A stretch of DNA of 64,000 bases, taken from contig NC_052146.1 of NCBI RefSeq assembly GCF_902713615.1, forward strand, positions 298,476,000 to 298,539,999, read 5' to 3'. This DNA comes from Scyliorhinus canicula (Eukaryota). The notes under the pieces are model-generated. The model was not told the origin of the DNA, did no database searches, and saw only the letters and a program-made list of their open reading frames with translations. Positions 1 to 13,309 of this stretch are shown in pieces. Made by a program: the position numbers and the translations under genes. The first letter of the stretch is position 1; each line of letters begins with the position of its first letter.

Positions 1-1409
1 AAACACCTTCATCTAGTCATTATCTGTTTGTGGCAGCTTGCTGTGCCCAAACTGGCTGCCGTGTTTCCCACAACAGGGACTGCACTCCAAGATGTCTTTA
101 TTGGCGTTCTCCCCGTGTTTGCGAGGGTTTCGCCCCCACAACCCAAAATAAAATGTGCAAGCTGGGTGGATTGGCCAGGCTAAATTGCCCCTTAATTGGA
201 AAAAATTGAATTGGGTACTTTAAATTTATGTTTTAAAAAGATGTCTTTATTGGCTGCAAAGTGCTTTGGCGTATCCCAGGGTCATGTAATGTGCCCAGCC
301 AGCTGTGCCGGAGTACATCCAAATAAGGCAACTGGACATTCAGCTCTCACAGGCCAGCTGGTGGGCCTCCTCACAGGGGGCTTTTCTTCCAAAAAGGGAA
401 TCAGAGGCTAAGCCGTCTGTACCTGATGCACCCCACAGCAAAATGACCTGGGATGGTACTTGTCCTCCAGGTCAAATTATTGTCATGCGCGAGGGATTCT
501 GAGCAAATCCCAAAGCCCCTGACAGCTCTATTCATATGTACAGTCTCGTGTTACTCTTTTAGAAGCTGCGGCCTGCCAGGGAAAGGCTTCAATTTAGAGA
601 TGGCATTTCTTTTGTCTCTCTCAGTCGCCTTACAGTCGTCAAATGTTCGCCCCTCTATTTGTCACAGTGCCTCTATCGCCCCTTCCACCCCTGTTTTCAA
701 CAGAAGGCTTAAAAAACAGAGGGAACACATTTAAGTTGATCAACAAAAAGGTAGAGGTTACAGGAGGAAAGTTTGATTACACATCGTGTGATGCAGCACT
801 GTGTTATACGTGGAAGGGAATTGAATAAATACCAAAAGGAGGAATTGAAAATCACCTATTGTCACGAGTAGGCTTCAAATGAAGTTACTGTGGAAAGCCC
901 CTAGTCGCCACATTCCGGCACCTGTTCGGGGAGGCTGGTACGGCAATTGAACCGTGCTGCTGGCCTGCTTTAAAAGCCAGCGATTCAGCCCAGTGCTAAA
1001 GAGCCGGCACAGACTCGATGGGTTAAATTGCCTCCTCATGTACCATGCTGTTCTAGCAATCTTTGATCAAAGCCTTTAAATCAACAGGAGTCAATCTGTT
1101 CAGGCGTTTATTGCTTTCTTCCCTTTCTCCATCTTTGTGACTGTTTTACCGATTTATGGGCGAGATATGCTGGCTCTCATATTTCTCAACAATCATTTGC
1201 ATCTTTATACTGTCCTTAATGGCACACAAATGTTCCGAGGTGTTTCACAGAAGCATTATCAGGCAAGACTTGACACTGAGCCACCAGAGGAGACAGTAGG
1301 ACAAAGCTTCATCAAAGAAGCCTCTTAAACAGAGGGTAGAGAGGCTGAGTTGCTTAACAAGAGATTCCGGAGTTCAGGCAACTGAAGCCAAGACGGTCCA
1401 TCATTTTCA

Positions 1410-4400
1410 TTTTAAATTGTATTTTATTCCAAACGTAGATAAAAGGTTATAACGCATAAACAATTTGGACAGCTAAACTCCCCAACACACAACTATATAG
1501 TTTGTACAAATTTTGCCCCTTTATCGCCCCTCCCCCCCCCCCCGCAACAAACAACTCCTCAAACACGGTCACTAACATCCTCCACCTTGCCTCCAAACCC
1601 GCCACTGAACCCCTTAACTCATATTTGATCTTTTCTAACCAAAGAGTCATATAAGTCCCCCAGCCAGGCCGCTATCCCTGGTGGCATTGCTGACCGTCTC
1701 TCCAATAAAATTCGTCGCCGGGCAACCAGAAAGGCGAAGGCCACAATATCAGCCTTCCTCCCCTCCATCAGCTCCGGCTTCTCCGATATCCCAAATACCT
1801 CCACCAAAGGGTTCGGCTCAACCTCCTCCCCCACTATCCTGATCCGACCCAGGATCTCTCCAACTTTTCACAGCCCCAGAATATATGTGGGTGATTCGCT
1901 GGTTCCCGCACACGCCTCTCACACTCATCTGCTGCCCCTGGAAGAACCCTGTGTATGACCTTGAAGTGTATCAGGTTAATCCTTGCACACGAGGAGGTCG
2001 AATTTACCCTTTGCAGTGCCTCACTCCATCCTTTGCAGTTTATCCCCCCTCCAAGCTCCCCTTCCCACTTCTCTTTAATGTTCACCACCTTCGCACCTCC
2101 CTGCTCTCCCAGCCACCCGTATATGTCTCCGATTCTGCCCTCCCCTTCCACATCCTGAAGTACCAGTCGCTCCAGCAGGGTGTAACTCGGCAACCTGGGG
2201 AACTCTTTCCAAACCTTCCACACAAAGTCCCTTACCTACAGGTACCTAAAGTCACTCCCTCTCAGCAGCTCTATCCTCTCCTTCAGTTCCTCCATATTTG
2301 CAAACCCTTCTTCCAGGTATAGATCCCTCACCTTGACCAGCCCCACTTCTCCCCACCTCCTATACATGCCATCCACTCCCCCGCCCCCCCCCCCCCCCCC
2401 CCCGACTCAAAACCGTGATTCTCACACAATGGCGTTAACGCCGACGTGCTCTCCATCCCGAAGTGCCTCTCCAGCGGGTTCCTCGTCTTCACCGTGGACT
2501 GCACCACCGGGCTCCTTGAGTACCTGCTTGGCGCCATTGGCAATGCCGCTGTCACCACAGCCCTTAAACTGGAGCCCCTACAGGATTCCTCCTCCATCCT
2601 AACCAATTCTACCCTTTCTCTTTCCCACCATCGCCTCACCTTCTGCACGTTCGCCTCCCAATAATATTGTAGCAGGTTCAGCAACACCAACCCTCCCTGC
2701 TGCCTCTGTAACAGGGTCCTTCGGTATAAAGATTGGGAATATCTGGAATATGAACAGGAACCTCGGCAGAATGTTCATCTTTACAACTTGGACCCTCCCC
2801 GTCAAAGTCAAGTGCAGCGTGTCCCATCTCTTGAGATCCTCCCTGGCCTCCTCCACCAGCTTTGTTAAATTCAATTTGTGTAGCATCGTCCATTCCCTCG
2901 CTACCTGAATATCTAAATCTGTCTCTGGCCTTCTTAAATGGCATCCCCTAAATTGGCTCGCCATCCCAACTCATTCACTGGAACACTTTGTTTTTCCCAA
3001 CATTTAACCTATATCCCGAGAACGCCCCAAACATCCCCAACACGCCCGTGATCTTCTCCATCCTCTCCAGCGGGTCTGAAACATACAATAGGTCATCCGC
3101 ACATAGCGAAACCCGATGCTCCCTTCATCCCTCATAATCCCTCACCACTCTGCCGACCCCCTCAGAGCCATTGCCAGAGGCTCTATGGACAGCGCAAATA
3201 GCAGCGGCGACAGCGGGCACCCCTGCCTTGTTCCCCTGGGCAATTCAAAGTTCTGTGTACCCGTGTCATTGGTCCGCACAATCGCCCTCGGTGCCACATA
3301 TAGCAGATACACCCATGCCGCTAACTTCGGCCAAAACCCAAACCTTACCAGGACCTCAAACAGGTACCGCCACTCCACCCGGTCAAATGCCTTCTCTGCA
3401 TCCATGGACACCACTACCTCCGGTAACTGGGCTCCCGAGGGGTCATGATCACATTTAACAGCTTCCATATATTGCTAGAGAGCTGCCTGCCCTTTATGAA
3501 GCCTGTTAGGTCCTCTGCAGTCACCCCTGGGACACAACTCTACATCCTTCAGTGCAATAACTTAGCCAGTACTTTCACATCTGTATTTAACAGTGATATG
3601 GGCCTATACGACCCACATTCCACCGGGTCCTTCCCCTTTTTTGGTATTAATGTGATTGTTGCCTGCATCATCATCTCCAGCAACTCTCCCTTCTCCAACG
3701 CCTCATTAAACGCCCTCAAGAAATGTGGTGCCAGGTCCGTCGCAAACTCCTTATAAAATTCCACTGGGTAGCCATCAGGCCCTAGAGCCTTCCCCGAATT
3801 CATACCCCTTATACTGTCTAATATCTCCCTTAGCCCCAGGGGCTTCTCTAGTGCCTGCCTCTTCTCTTCCTCCAACTGTGGAAACTCCAGTTCGTCTAAG
3901 AATCGTCCCATGTCCCCCTCTTCACCACCCGGATCCGCCCTGTACAGCTCCTTACAATAATCCCTAAACACCTTGTTAATCTTCCCCGGCTCCGACACCA
4001 CGTCCCCTGCCCCAGTCGGTATTTTCAATATTTCCCTGGACGCGGCCTGCCTCTTTAGCTGATATGCCAGCATTCGATTCACCTTCTTCCCGTTTTCATA
4101 CTGCAACCCTCTTGCCCCACGCAGCTGCCCTACCGCCCTCCCCGTTGTCAGCCTATCAAATTGTCCTTGTAACTTTTTCCTCCTCGCCAATCCCTCCGTG
4201 GTGGGCACCCTTGAGTACTCCCTCTCTACCTCCACTATCTCGATCAATTGCCGTTCATATTTCTCCTTCCTTTCTCTATCCGCGTGAGCCTTGAACGAGA
4301 TAATCTCCCCTTGGACCACTGCTTTTAGCGATTCCCAAAATGTGGCCGCCGACCCTTCCCCGTTTTGGTTCAATCCTACATAATATTTAATCACCGCCTA

Positions 4401-4575
4401 CACTTTATCACAAAACCCCTCTATCCGCTAGCAACCCCGAATCGAGCCTCCACCTCGCCCTCTGCTCCCGTCCCGATCTAATTCAAATCTCCAGCCAATG
4501 GTCCGAGATTACTATCCCTGCATACTCCACCCCCTCCACCCCAACCAAAATCTCCCGGCTCACCGTGAAAAAGAC
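1410..4575 (-). mobile_element. fish-type L1 LINE, 5'-truncated, decayed ORF2
   Basis: PGPDG-like ALGPDGY, SYRPISLLNTDVK, SMDAEKAFDRVEW, RGTRQGCPLSPLLF, CADD (mutated YADD), C-terminal CxxxxxxxxxHxxxxC remnant; AATAAA at 1428-1423. Confidence 0.9.
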
Positions 4576-5235
4576 AGTTCTGGAATATTAGGACAAGAAA
4601 GGATACAATATAGCACTGCTGCCTCACGGCGCTGAGGTCCCAGGTTCGATCCCAGCTCTGGGTCACTGTCCGTGTGGAGTTTGCACATTCTCCCCGTGTT
4701 TGCGTGGGTTTCACCCCCACAACCCAAAAATGTTCAGGCTAGGTGGATTGGCCACGCTAAATTGTCCCTTAATTGGAAAAAAATGAATTGGGTACTCTAA
4801 ATTTATTTTATTTTTAATTTTTTAAAAAAGGATACAATTTCCAATGAATATATATATTCATATCCTGGGACTTGTATTCTGCTGGCAAAAGGATTACGAA
4901 GAGACATATAAAAACAAATAAATTTAGAGTACCCGATGCATTTTTTCCAATGAAGGGGCAATTTCTGCGATGGAGCTTCCAATAAGTTCCTTCATAACGT
5001 GCACTCACTGACAGGACCTCATTTCAAATAACTGCCAAAGGAAGCAGTAACGAGATGAGGAAAGATTATTGTACGCAGTGAGTCGCTGTGATCTAAAACG
5101 CACTCTATGAAAGGATGGTGGAAGCAGATTCAATACATGAGAAGCAAAGGAGCGGGTGCTAATTGAATAGCTCCTTCAAAGAGCTGGCAGCGAAACAGTG
5201 GGCAGAATGGCCTTCTTCTATGGCTCTGAGTGTCA

Positions 5236-5665
5236 GTCGTGGCTCAGTTGGTAGTACTCTTGTTTTTTGAGTTACAAGGTTCTGAGTTCAAGTCCCAGTC
5301 CATGACTTGCCTGATTTGGGCATGGTTAACACTCCAGTGCCATACTGAGAGAGTGCTGATATGTCTTTTGGAAGAGACATTAAGCTGGTGCCCCATCAGC
5401 CCATGTGGGTGGTTTTAAACGATCCCATGGTTGCTATTTTGAAGAGAGTTATCCCCTGTGTCCTGATCAATATTTATCCCTCAATCAACATCACAAAAAA
5501 ATAGATTATCAGGTCATTCTTACATTGCTGGCTGTGGGAGCTTTCTGTGCACAAATCGATTGCTGTGTTTCCTGCATTAAAACAGTAATCAGGCTTCAAA
5601 GGTATTTCATTGGTTGGAGAGCACTTTGGGATGTCTGGTGATTGTGAAAATTGCTATATAAATGA
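5236..5665 (+). mobile_element. old Deu-domain SINE (SacSINE1/AmnSINE-like); more copies ~1-290, 6820-7690, 22600-23190, 26105-26530, 28075-28300, 35570-36020
   Basis: tRNA-like head, ...GATCCCATGG..CTATTT...TCCCTCAA..AACATCAC....AGATTATC.GGTCATT... core, CTATATAAATG tail. Confidence 0.7.
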
Positions 5666-6291
5666 CATCACCCTGATTGAATGGTGCACCCAATAACCAG
5701 GAGAATATTCAAGTTCAAGGGGGAATCGCATGCCCACGTGCCTGGTTTGGACAATGCCATGAACGATCTGCCAATTGGGGGTGCAGCAAAGAGTAAAAGG
5801 GAGAGCTAACTGGTGGCGGTTTAACCTGAGAGTCACCACAGCACAGGCGAGGGGCAAGGAAGGTTGAGAGGCCTACGTGAATCACCTCAGCCGGTGCGGG
5901 GATTGAACCCACGCTGTTGGCTTCACTCTGCATCATGAACAAGTTGTCCAGCCAACAGAGCTTAGAGTGGGCCATTGTCAAAGTGACCACCTTCTAGTAA
6001 AATTCCGGAGCTCCTTCTTCCCTACCTAGTTACCCTCTGGTGGGTTCCCATCCACGTTGTAATGCCAGGTATTGTGACGATGGCAGTTGGGAACTGTGTG
6101 TCCTGTTGTTAATGTCACCCCCCACCCCTTCCCACCTCAGCTCACGGCAAACCACCTCTTTGTAAACACTACTATATCTGGAGAGAATGGAGTGAAAACG
6201 CTTTGCAGAAAGCCCTGCTCCGGAACGCCATGGCATCCAGTAGCTCCCCGGCGGAGAGATTCCTGTCAGCAGTGAGGGGGTCAGTGGAGAA

Positions 6292-6430
6292 AAGCAAATT
6301 ACTGCGGATGCTGGAATCTGAAACGAAAGGGGAAATGCTGGAAAACGTCAGCATGTCTGGCAGCATCTGTAGGGAGAGAAAAGAGCTAACGTTTCGAGTC
6401 CGATGACTCTTTGTCAAAGCTAACAGACAG
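6292..6430 (-). mobile_element. Penelope-like terminal fragment (related copies ~53290-53417 and ~31022-31140)
   Basis: GATGCTGGAATCTGAAAC...GGCAGCATCTG...CGTTTCGAGTC...TGTCAAAG; the minus strand resembles a degenerate minimal hammerhead. Confidence 0.55.
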
Positions 6431-7103
6431 AGTGGGAAATAGGAAATAAGTGGGAAAAGGGGGTCAGTGGGTTCACTTCCATTTGATGAAGGGGCTCTGG
6501 TGGTCAGATTATGAGCTTGCGTTGAGTTTGATTTCTTTACTAACCCCGGGACGATTAATTTGTCGAAGCTGCCCGTTAACATCAGCTATACTTTCAGTAG
6601 CTGCTGAGAAGAATGTGGTCAGAGAAAGAACAAATAGAGGACTTAAACGGGATAAGTATTCATCCTACCCTTGGGAGGGGTGACGGTAGATCACTTTGTT
6701 CCTCATTGCCTTTACTCCTAACATTTTTTTTATCATCAAAATATTTAACAACTTTTATTTTTATATATGTGGGTCTTTAATCCTTGATTCTGCGCTCCCC
6801 TTTCTGTGAAGTCACCTTGCGGCTAGTTTAGGTGGGAGCTGTACCTGAATGGACATCACTGAATCGGAAGGTTGTGCGTCAAGTCCGGCTCTCACTGCAG
6901 TACTGAGGGAACACTGCAATGGTACAGGTGACATCCGACTTTCGGTTAGAATGTTAAACCAAGGCCTCTTCTGCCCTCTCAGCTGGATGTGAAAGATCCC
7001 CACGACTATTTCGGAGCAGGCGAATTATCCCCTGCATCCTGGCCTATATTTTCCCGTTCCCCAAATTCACTTTGAATAAAACCAACACTCTGGTTAATTA
7101 TCA

Positions 7104-7545
7104 GCTGGTTTAGCTCACTGGGCTAAATCGCTGGCTTTTAAAGCAGACCAAGCAGGCCAGCAGCACAGTTCGATTCCCGTACCAGCTTCCCCGGACAGGC
7201 GCCGTAATGTGGCGACTAGGGGCTTTTCACAGTAACTTCATTGAAGCCTACTCGTGGGCAGCACGGTGGCCTAGTGGTTAGCATTGCTGCCTCACGGCGC
7301 CGAGGTCCCAGGTTCGATCCCGGCTCTGGGTCACTGTCCGTGTGGAGTTTGCACATTCTCCCCGTGTCTGCGTGGGTTTCACCCCCACAACCCAAAGATG
7401 TGCAGGGTAGGTGGATTGGCCATGCTAAATTGCCCCTTAATTGGAAAAAATGAATTGGGTACTCTAAATTTATAAAAAAAAAAAAAAAAAAAAAAAATTG
7501 AAGCCTACTCGTGACAATAAGCGATTTTCATTTCATTTCATTTCA
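7104..7545 (+). mobile_element. tRNA-derived SINE with GTGACAATAA+(ATTTC)n tail, host of the previous SINE (copies ~845-1000, 19615-19808, 51510-51635, 61190-61350 on minus)
   Basis: TAGCTCACTGG...GTTCGATTCC head; AATGTGGCGACTAGGGGCTTTTCACAGTAAC body. Confidence 0.75.
7256..7496 (+). mobile_element. short tRNA-derived V-SINE with poly(A) tail (young copy)
   Basis: A/B boxes, V-like core, A24 tail, 16-bp TSD ATTGAAGCCTACTCGT. Confidence 0.9.
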
Positions 7546-8129
7546 CGCTGCTGAGTGTGGGATCTGGCTGTGTGTGAATTGTCCACTGCGTTCTCTACAT
7601 TACCACGACGGCACATAGCTTCATTGGCTAAAAGCACTTTGGGATATGCAGATATTGCGAAAGTTCCACTGCTACATCAATGTAAGTCTCAACACTCAGT
7701 TTCACCCATCGGACTGGTAGTGGGGTGTGGGAGCAGCAATGGTTATAAAGTGTTAACGGTCCGCAGGTTTAATTGCAAAATATCCTCGACTTTAATGTGT
7801 TTGAATAAGATAGCACAGGAAACAGTGTATTGAATGTACGGCAGACATGGGGGTGGGTTTTATACTCATTCCTTTCATGAGGCCATTTAATCACTTCCTG
7901 CGAGTGAGGGGCCCTGTGTTAATAGCACTGTGTCCAGTTTTCACAGGCACTTAAAGCAAGAGGCTGATGATAGGATGGATACAAAACCTTGAACTGGCAG
8001 CACGCAGCAGTGAATGCCAGGAACCTTAGCAGCATTCATCCTTACTAACTCTGAAAGTAAAACCACTCATTCATCAGAGGGACATGATTGGAAGCAGTTC
8101 ACAGAAGGTTCACTGGGTGATACTCAGGA

Positions 8130-8540
8130 TGAGGGGTTTATCTGGCGCAGGTTGGGCCTAAACTCATTGGGATTAAGAATGAGAGGCGATCTTATTGAAA
8201 CAGATCAGATTCTATCGGGGCTTGGCAGGGTACATGCTGGGAGGATGTTTCTTCCAATGGGGGAAATCCAGGACAAAGGGCCACAGTATAAAGATAAGGG
8301 GCCGCCCATTTAAGATGGAGACGAGGGGAAGTTTCCTGTCTCAGGCGGTTGTTAGTCTTTGGAACACTTCTTCCTCAAGAGAGCAGTGGATTCTGGGCCA
8401 TCAAACACAAATAAATTCAATGAATTAAGACAGATTTTTGATGGACAAATGGAGTCAAAGGTTCTGGCAGGAAATTGGAGTTAAAGCCACATTACATCAG
8501 CCATGATTTTATTGAATGATGGAACAGGCTCGAGTGGCCA
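8130..8540 (+). mobile_element. CR1 3' fragment (others ~4990-5225, 24300-24750, 30380-31005, 46150-46730, 62150-62400)
   Basis: LRMRGDLIET...SRTKGHSIKI similarity to the CR1 C-terminus at 58900-59185, followed by a CR1-type 3'UTR. Confidence 0.7.
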
Positions 8541-9571
8541 GCCCCTGTTTCCAGTGTTCAGGCCTAACATCGAACATGGCAATCAGTCGGTTTACTGCCA
8601 ATATTATCATTTCTGCTAAAACAGGAATCTCATACCAGGATGTCCGCTCATTATTACTACCCATCGCACCAAGGCAAGAATAATTTTTTATTAGGCGGTA
8701 CAGTGGTAAGTCACTGCAGCCTCACGGCGCCGAGGTCCCAGGTTCGATCCCGGCTCTGGGTCACTGTCCGGGTGGAGTTTGCACATTTTCCCCATGTTTC
8801 GTCCCCACAAACCCAAAGATGTGCCGGCTACATGGATTGGTCATGCTAAATTGCCCCTTAATTGGAAAAAATGAATTGGCTACTCTAAATTTAAATTGAA
8901 AAAGAGAATCATTTTTATTTCCCCCCAAGTTTTTCCCTTTCTTCGCAGTGTTCCCTCCTCACTTCTTAAAGCTTTGGGATTTATTTAAATTCATCCCGAG
9001 TCAGAGTTGTACTGCACAGGAACAGGCCCTTCGGCCCATCAAGTCTGCACCAGCCATCAAGCACCTATGTACTCAGATCCAATTTTCCAGCCCTTGGCCC
9101 ATGGCCTTTTTCGCAAAGATATTGCACGTGCTCAACTAGCTGCTTCTAGGGTACCCCCTGTTCAGGCAGAGAGCTCCACATTCCAGCCACCCTCTAGGTG
9201 AAGAGGTTTTTCCTCAAATCCCCTCCAAATCTCCTGCCAACCCCGGCTAAACCAGCATTTATTAGCCATCCCTAATTCCCTCGAGGAGGTGGTGGTGGTG
9301 ATATGCCTCTTTGAACCGCTGTAGACCATGTGGTGCAGCCATAACCATAGTGCTGTTAGAGAGTATGGATTCTGACCCCACAGTGAATGAATGGCGATAT
9401 ATTCCAAGTCAAGATGGGGTGTAGGAGCACGGTGGCGCAGTGGGTTAGCACTGCTGCCTCACGGCGCCGAGGTCCCAGGTTCGATCCCAGCTCTGCGTCA
9501 CTGTCCGTGTCGAGTTTGCACATTCTCCCCGTGTTTGTGTTGGTTTCGCCCCCAACAACCCAAAGATGTGC

Positions 9572-9921
9572 GGGGCAGCACGGTAGCATGGTGGTTAGCA
9601 TAAATGCTTCACAGCTCCAGGGTCCCAGGTTCGATTCCCGGCTGGGTCACTGTCTGTGCGGAGTCTGCACGTCCTCCCCGTGTGTGCGTGGGTTTCCTCC
9701 GGGTGCTCCGGTTTCCTCCCACAGTCCAAAGATGTGCGGGTTAGGTGGATTGGCTATGCTAAATTGCCCGTAGTGTCCTAAAAAGTAAGGTTGGGGGGGG
9801 GGGGGGGGTTGTTGGGTTACGGGTATAGGGTAGATACGTGGGTTTGAGTAGGGTGATCATTGCTCGGCACAACATCGAGGGCCGAAGGGCCTGTTCTGTG
9901 CTGTACTGTTCTATGTTCTAT
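9572..9921 (+). mobile_element. HE1-like V-SINE with CR1-type tail, nested in a short V-SINE (9424-9968)
   Basis: full V domain GGGTTTCCTCCGGGTGCTCCGGTTTCCTCCC; tail GGGCCGAAGGGCCTG...(TTCTATG)n. Confidence 0.85.
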
Positions 9922-10753
9922 GTGTAGGCTAGACGGATTGGCCACGCTAAATTGCCCCTTAATTGGAAATGGTTAAACAAAACACTTAATTTTACATTTA
10001 GAGACATTAATAGAAGGGCTACAGTGCAGAAGGCGGCCATTCAGCCCATCGAGTCTGAACCGACCCAGTGAAAGAGCACTCTACCAGGCCCACTACCCCG
10101 CACCATCACCTGCACACTTTTGGACTGTGGGAGGAAACCAGAGCATCCGGAGGAAACCCACGCAGATACGGGGAGAACATGCAGACTCCGCACAGACAGT
10201 CACCCGAGGCCGGAATTGAACCCGGGTCCCTGCTGCTGTGAGACAGCAGTGCTAACCACTGTGCCAACATGCCGCCCTTGCGTTTATATAGTGTCTTTCA
10301 TATCCCCAGGAAACCCCATAGCACTTTACAGCCAATGAAATTTTAGTGTGGGGCCACTGCTGTTAGATAGGAAACAGAAGCCAGTTTATACACAGCAAGC
10401 TTCCAAAGACAGAAATGGGACCGGATCGCCTGTTGGTTGGCCTCTGCAACCCTTTACTCATTTTCACCGTTTGTTTTCTAGGTCTTCCTTATAGTTAATT
10501 CCACAACAATATTATTCTTGGTGTTAAGATATTGAATCTGATACCTCCTCGTGTTCCTGACACCCTCTCACAGCCAGCGTTTGGGCGATGTGACGTGTGT
10601 GTGTGGGGGGGGGGGGGCATATTGACGTGGGTGGGGGGGGGGGGGCATATTGACCTTCACCGAGTTTATCTCTGCTGCAGCCTGAAGGTCCACCTCACTG
10701 TGAGCACAAACTCAGAAGCAATGGGTTCAACTCTGATCTCACAACCGAACATT

Positions 10754-10759
10754 TTTATT
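10754..10759 (-). terminator. candidate DACT2 polyadenylation signal
   Basis: AATAAA on the minus strand ~220 nt after the DACT2 stop. Confidence 0.4.
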
Positions 10760-10976
10760 CTGGTCACAATGCACTTACAGTCAAATCAGGAACGTTAATT
10801 ATTATACAAAGTAAAAAGACTGGACCCATCATGTGGCGGGAGATCTGCCCGAGCACGAGGGCCATTTACAGTTCACAACTGGACGTTGCTCTCTTTTTAG
10901 AAGGTAATTTCTTTTGTTTCTCAGGACAACGATGCCCAGCATGGAGTCTCCATGGGTAGGCCAAGAGTTCACGCCC

Positions 10977-12553
10977 CTAAACCATGGTCATAACCTTTAA
11001 GGCTTCAGGTTGGAATCTCCGGATCTTTTTCTTCAGAGCTTTCGACGCCTTTATGCGGCAAATCCTGGCCCCAGAGCGGAGCTTCTGTCTGCCGGAGCCC
11101 GGAGGCCAGCCGAGGGTATGCCTGTCCGCTGCCTCCTCGTTTGGGCAGCCCTCACTCCCGCTCGACTCGCTGTCGCCGAAGCGGTTGGCCGTGTGGTCAC
11201 TGTGCTCGTCCCCGCTGCTCTCGGCAACGGTGGAGTGGAAGAGCGAGGCGCATTCGGCCGAGTACTCCGATTGGTCCGACTCACTCCGGGCAGCTGGACA
11301 CCGGAGGATCCGTACCCGGCTGAAGCTCACCGCCCGTGCTGCCCAGTGCCGCCCTGCCTTCTGCCGCTGGGCACTGAAGCCGAGATGGCCGGCGGGTACT
11401 CTGTGGAATATCTCAATGTTCGATTGCCACTGGCGACTTTTGGCCTCAGTCCTGTCTTGGCCAGCCATTGATACTGGGAGCCCGCAGAGGGCCCGGCTCT
11501 GGAACTCCGGGCTGTAACACACGGGATGAAGACTGGACTCTGAACACGAGCGGCCCGGAGCTTCGTGGCCCACGCTGGTGGTTGCACGATCGGCCTCAGC
11601 TGTGGATCTAAAAGCCCCAACACCTCGGGCAGCCAGTCTCTTGCCAGCCCGCGTCACCTCGCCATTCCTCCTCTTGATTTTGGCAACTTTGGTCTTGCTG
11701 CCGGCTGGTAGGATCTGCACACGGAGCCGAGACTCTGCGGGCACATACTGGGCGTGCACAAACCCACTCTTCGGCAAGGCTTCCTTGCCTTTCCCGGCGG
11801 TGACCCCTGACCTCTGGCCAGTCCTGTGAGGCAGTTCAGTGCTGGGCGCCCAGCAACCATCGCAGGCGAGGCCTTTGGAATCAGGGAGGCCTGAGCGGGC
11901 AGCCGGAACGCAGGCCACAGGCAGGTCCTTCACCCCCACTCTGAACAGCCGACTGCTGCTGGCGGCCTTGGTCTCTTGCCCCAACATATCCACCACGGCT
12001 GGGATTGTGGAGAAGCCATTAGCCTCCTGCAGCCTTGATCTCGTGTTGGTGGCATTTCCTGCTGGAAATTCTACATTTTTACAGCTGTCACCCTGTCGTA
12101 GGCCTGTGAGCCTCTTACGTTGGCCCCTTGCTGCGAGGGCCTTGTCGGAGAGAGAAAGATCCTTCCCTTGCGTCTCAGCTCTCGGACTCATTCCAGGTTC
12201 TCGTTCTGTGGCAGCCTTGTTGACTCTGCAGGGCTGATGTGGAGTTTGTTCATTAATGCAGCCCGTTCCGGTTCCAACTGGGATTGACCCACTTGCTGGC
12301 TGAGGTGAGCTGCTGTTGCCTGCACTGAAGGCCTGCTCCGTCAGACAGAACAAGGGGCTCTGGAGAGCCACGGCGTGGAGGGGACTGGGGTAATTGTACA
12401 CGTCGCTGCTGTTCTTGGAGACCAGGTCACATCGGAATTTTTGATTGGGCACAGGGAGGTGTAGCTCGCTCCCAGCAGAGACAGAGGGGAGCAGTTTTCG
12501 GTCGGACACACCTGGAGGCTCTCTCTGCAATGGTGCGAATCTCTCCAAGTCAC
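10977..12553 (-). CDS. DACT2: DACT2 coding exon 4 (terminal)
   Basis: TGCAG| acceptor at 12554; contains DLVSKNSSDVYNYPSPLHAVALQSPLF, SEYSAECASLFHST and DHTANRFGD; ends IKASKALKKKIRRFQPEALKVMTMV*, the DACT2-type PDZ-binding C-terminus; spliced total 2268 nt = 755 aa. Confidence 0.96.
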
Positions 12554-13309
12554 CTGCATCACAAACGAGAAGAACAATCCACGTCACAATATTGGGAACC
12601 ATCGATCATTGTTCTGGTTCTCTGCCCAACCACTGGCCTCTACCCCTGTGACAATCAATAAGCATAACCCTCCCACCCTTCAACAGTCAGTCTCCCCCGC
12701 CCTCCCCCCCCCCCCCCCCACCCCACTCCAACCCCTCCAGTCATATTCTGCGCATCTCACACACTTGACAGTCAGTGTTTCTCACCCCCCACCGTTGGGA
12801 GTCTCTCAGCCCCACCCCCTCGCCAACCTCCCTCACCTCCCATCCCCCTGTCCACCAGCACCCCTCACCTCCCATCCCACCCCCTCGCCAACCTTCCTCA
12901 TCTCCCATTCCCTCATTCGTCCGCCAGCCGCCCTCACGACCCACCCAGCGCCCGTTTTGATAGCTGGGGCGGCATGTGGCACAGTGGCTAGCACTGGGAC
13001 CGCGGCACTGATGACCCGGGTTAGAATCCCGGCTCTGGGTCACTGTCCAGGTGGAGTTTGCACATTCTCCCCACGTCTGGGTTTCACCCCCATTCACCCC
13101 CACAACCCAAAGATGTGCAGGTTAGCTGGATTGGCCACGCTAAATTGACCCATAATTGGAAATAAGTGGGTACTCGAAATTTATTGAAGAAATGTAGTCT
13201 TCATCAACTCCAGTAGCTGCCCCCCCCCCCCCCCCCCCCCCCCCAAGGTCAGTGTCCCAACCCCTCCCCCCCACCCGTCAACCAATATAGCCAGCCTCCC
13301 ACTCACTGC

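Noticed and set aside
6141-6275. Possible plus-strand exon after a pyrimidine tract
   Set aside because: No recognisable protein similarity, weak donor, and no partner exons identified.
7256-7330. tRNA genes at the heads of the many GGGCAGCACGG...GGTTCGATCCC repeats
   Set aside because: These are SINE heads with A/B boxes continuing into SINE bodies and tails, not complete cloverleafs.
10984-12237. Plus-strand ORFs of 60-177 aa opposite DACT2 exon 4, and the 217-aa antisense ORF 42373..43026
   Set aside because: Shadow ORFs of GC-rich coding sequence with no recognisable motifs.
12554-12602. Start of ORF 10977..12602 (MVPNIVTW...) as a signal-peptide-like N-terminus
   Set aside because: Intronic read-through upstream of the DACT2 exon 4 acceptor.
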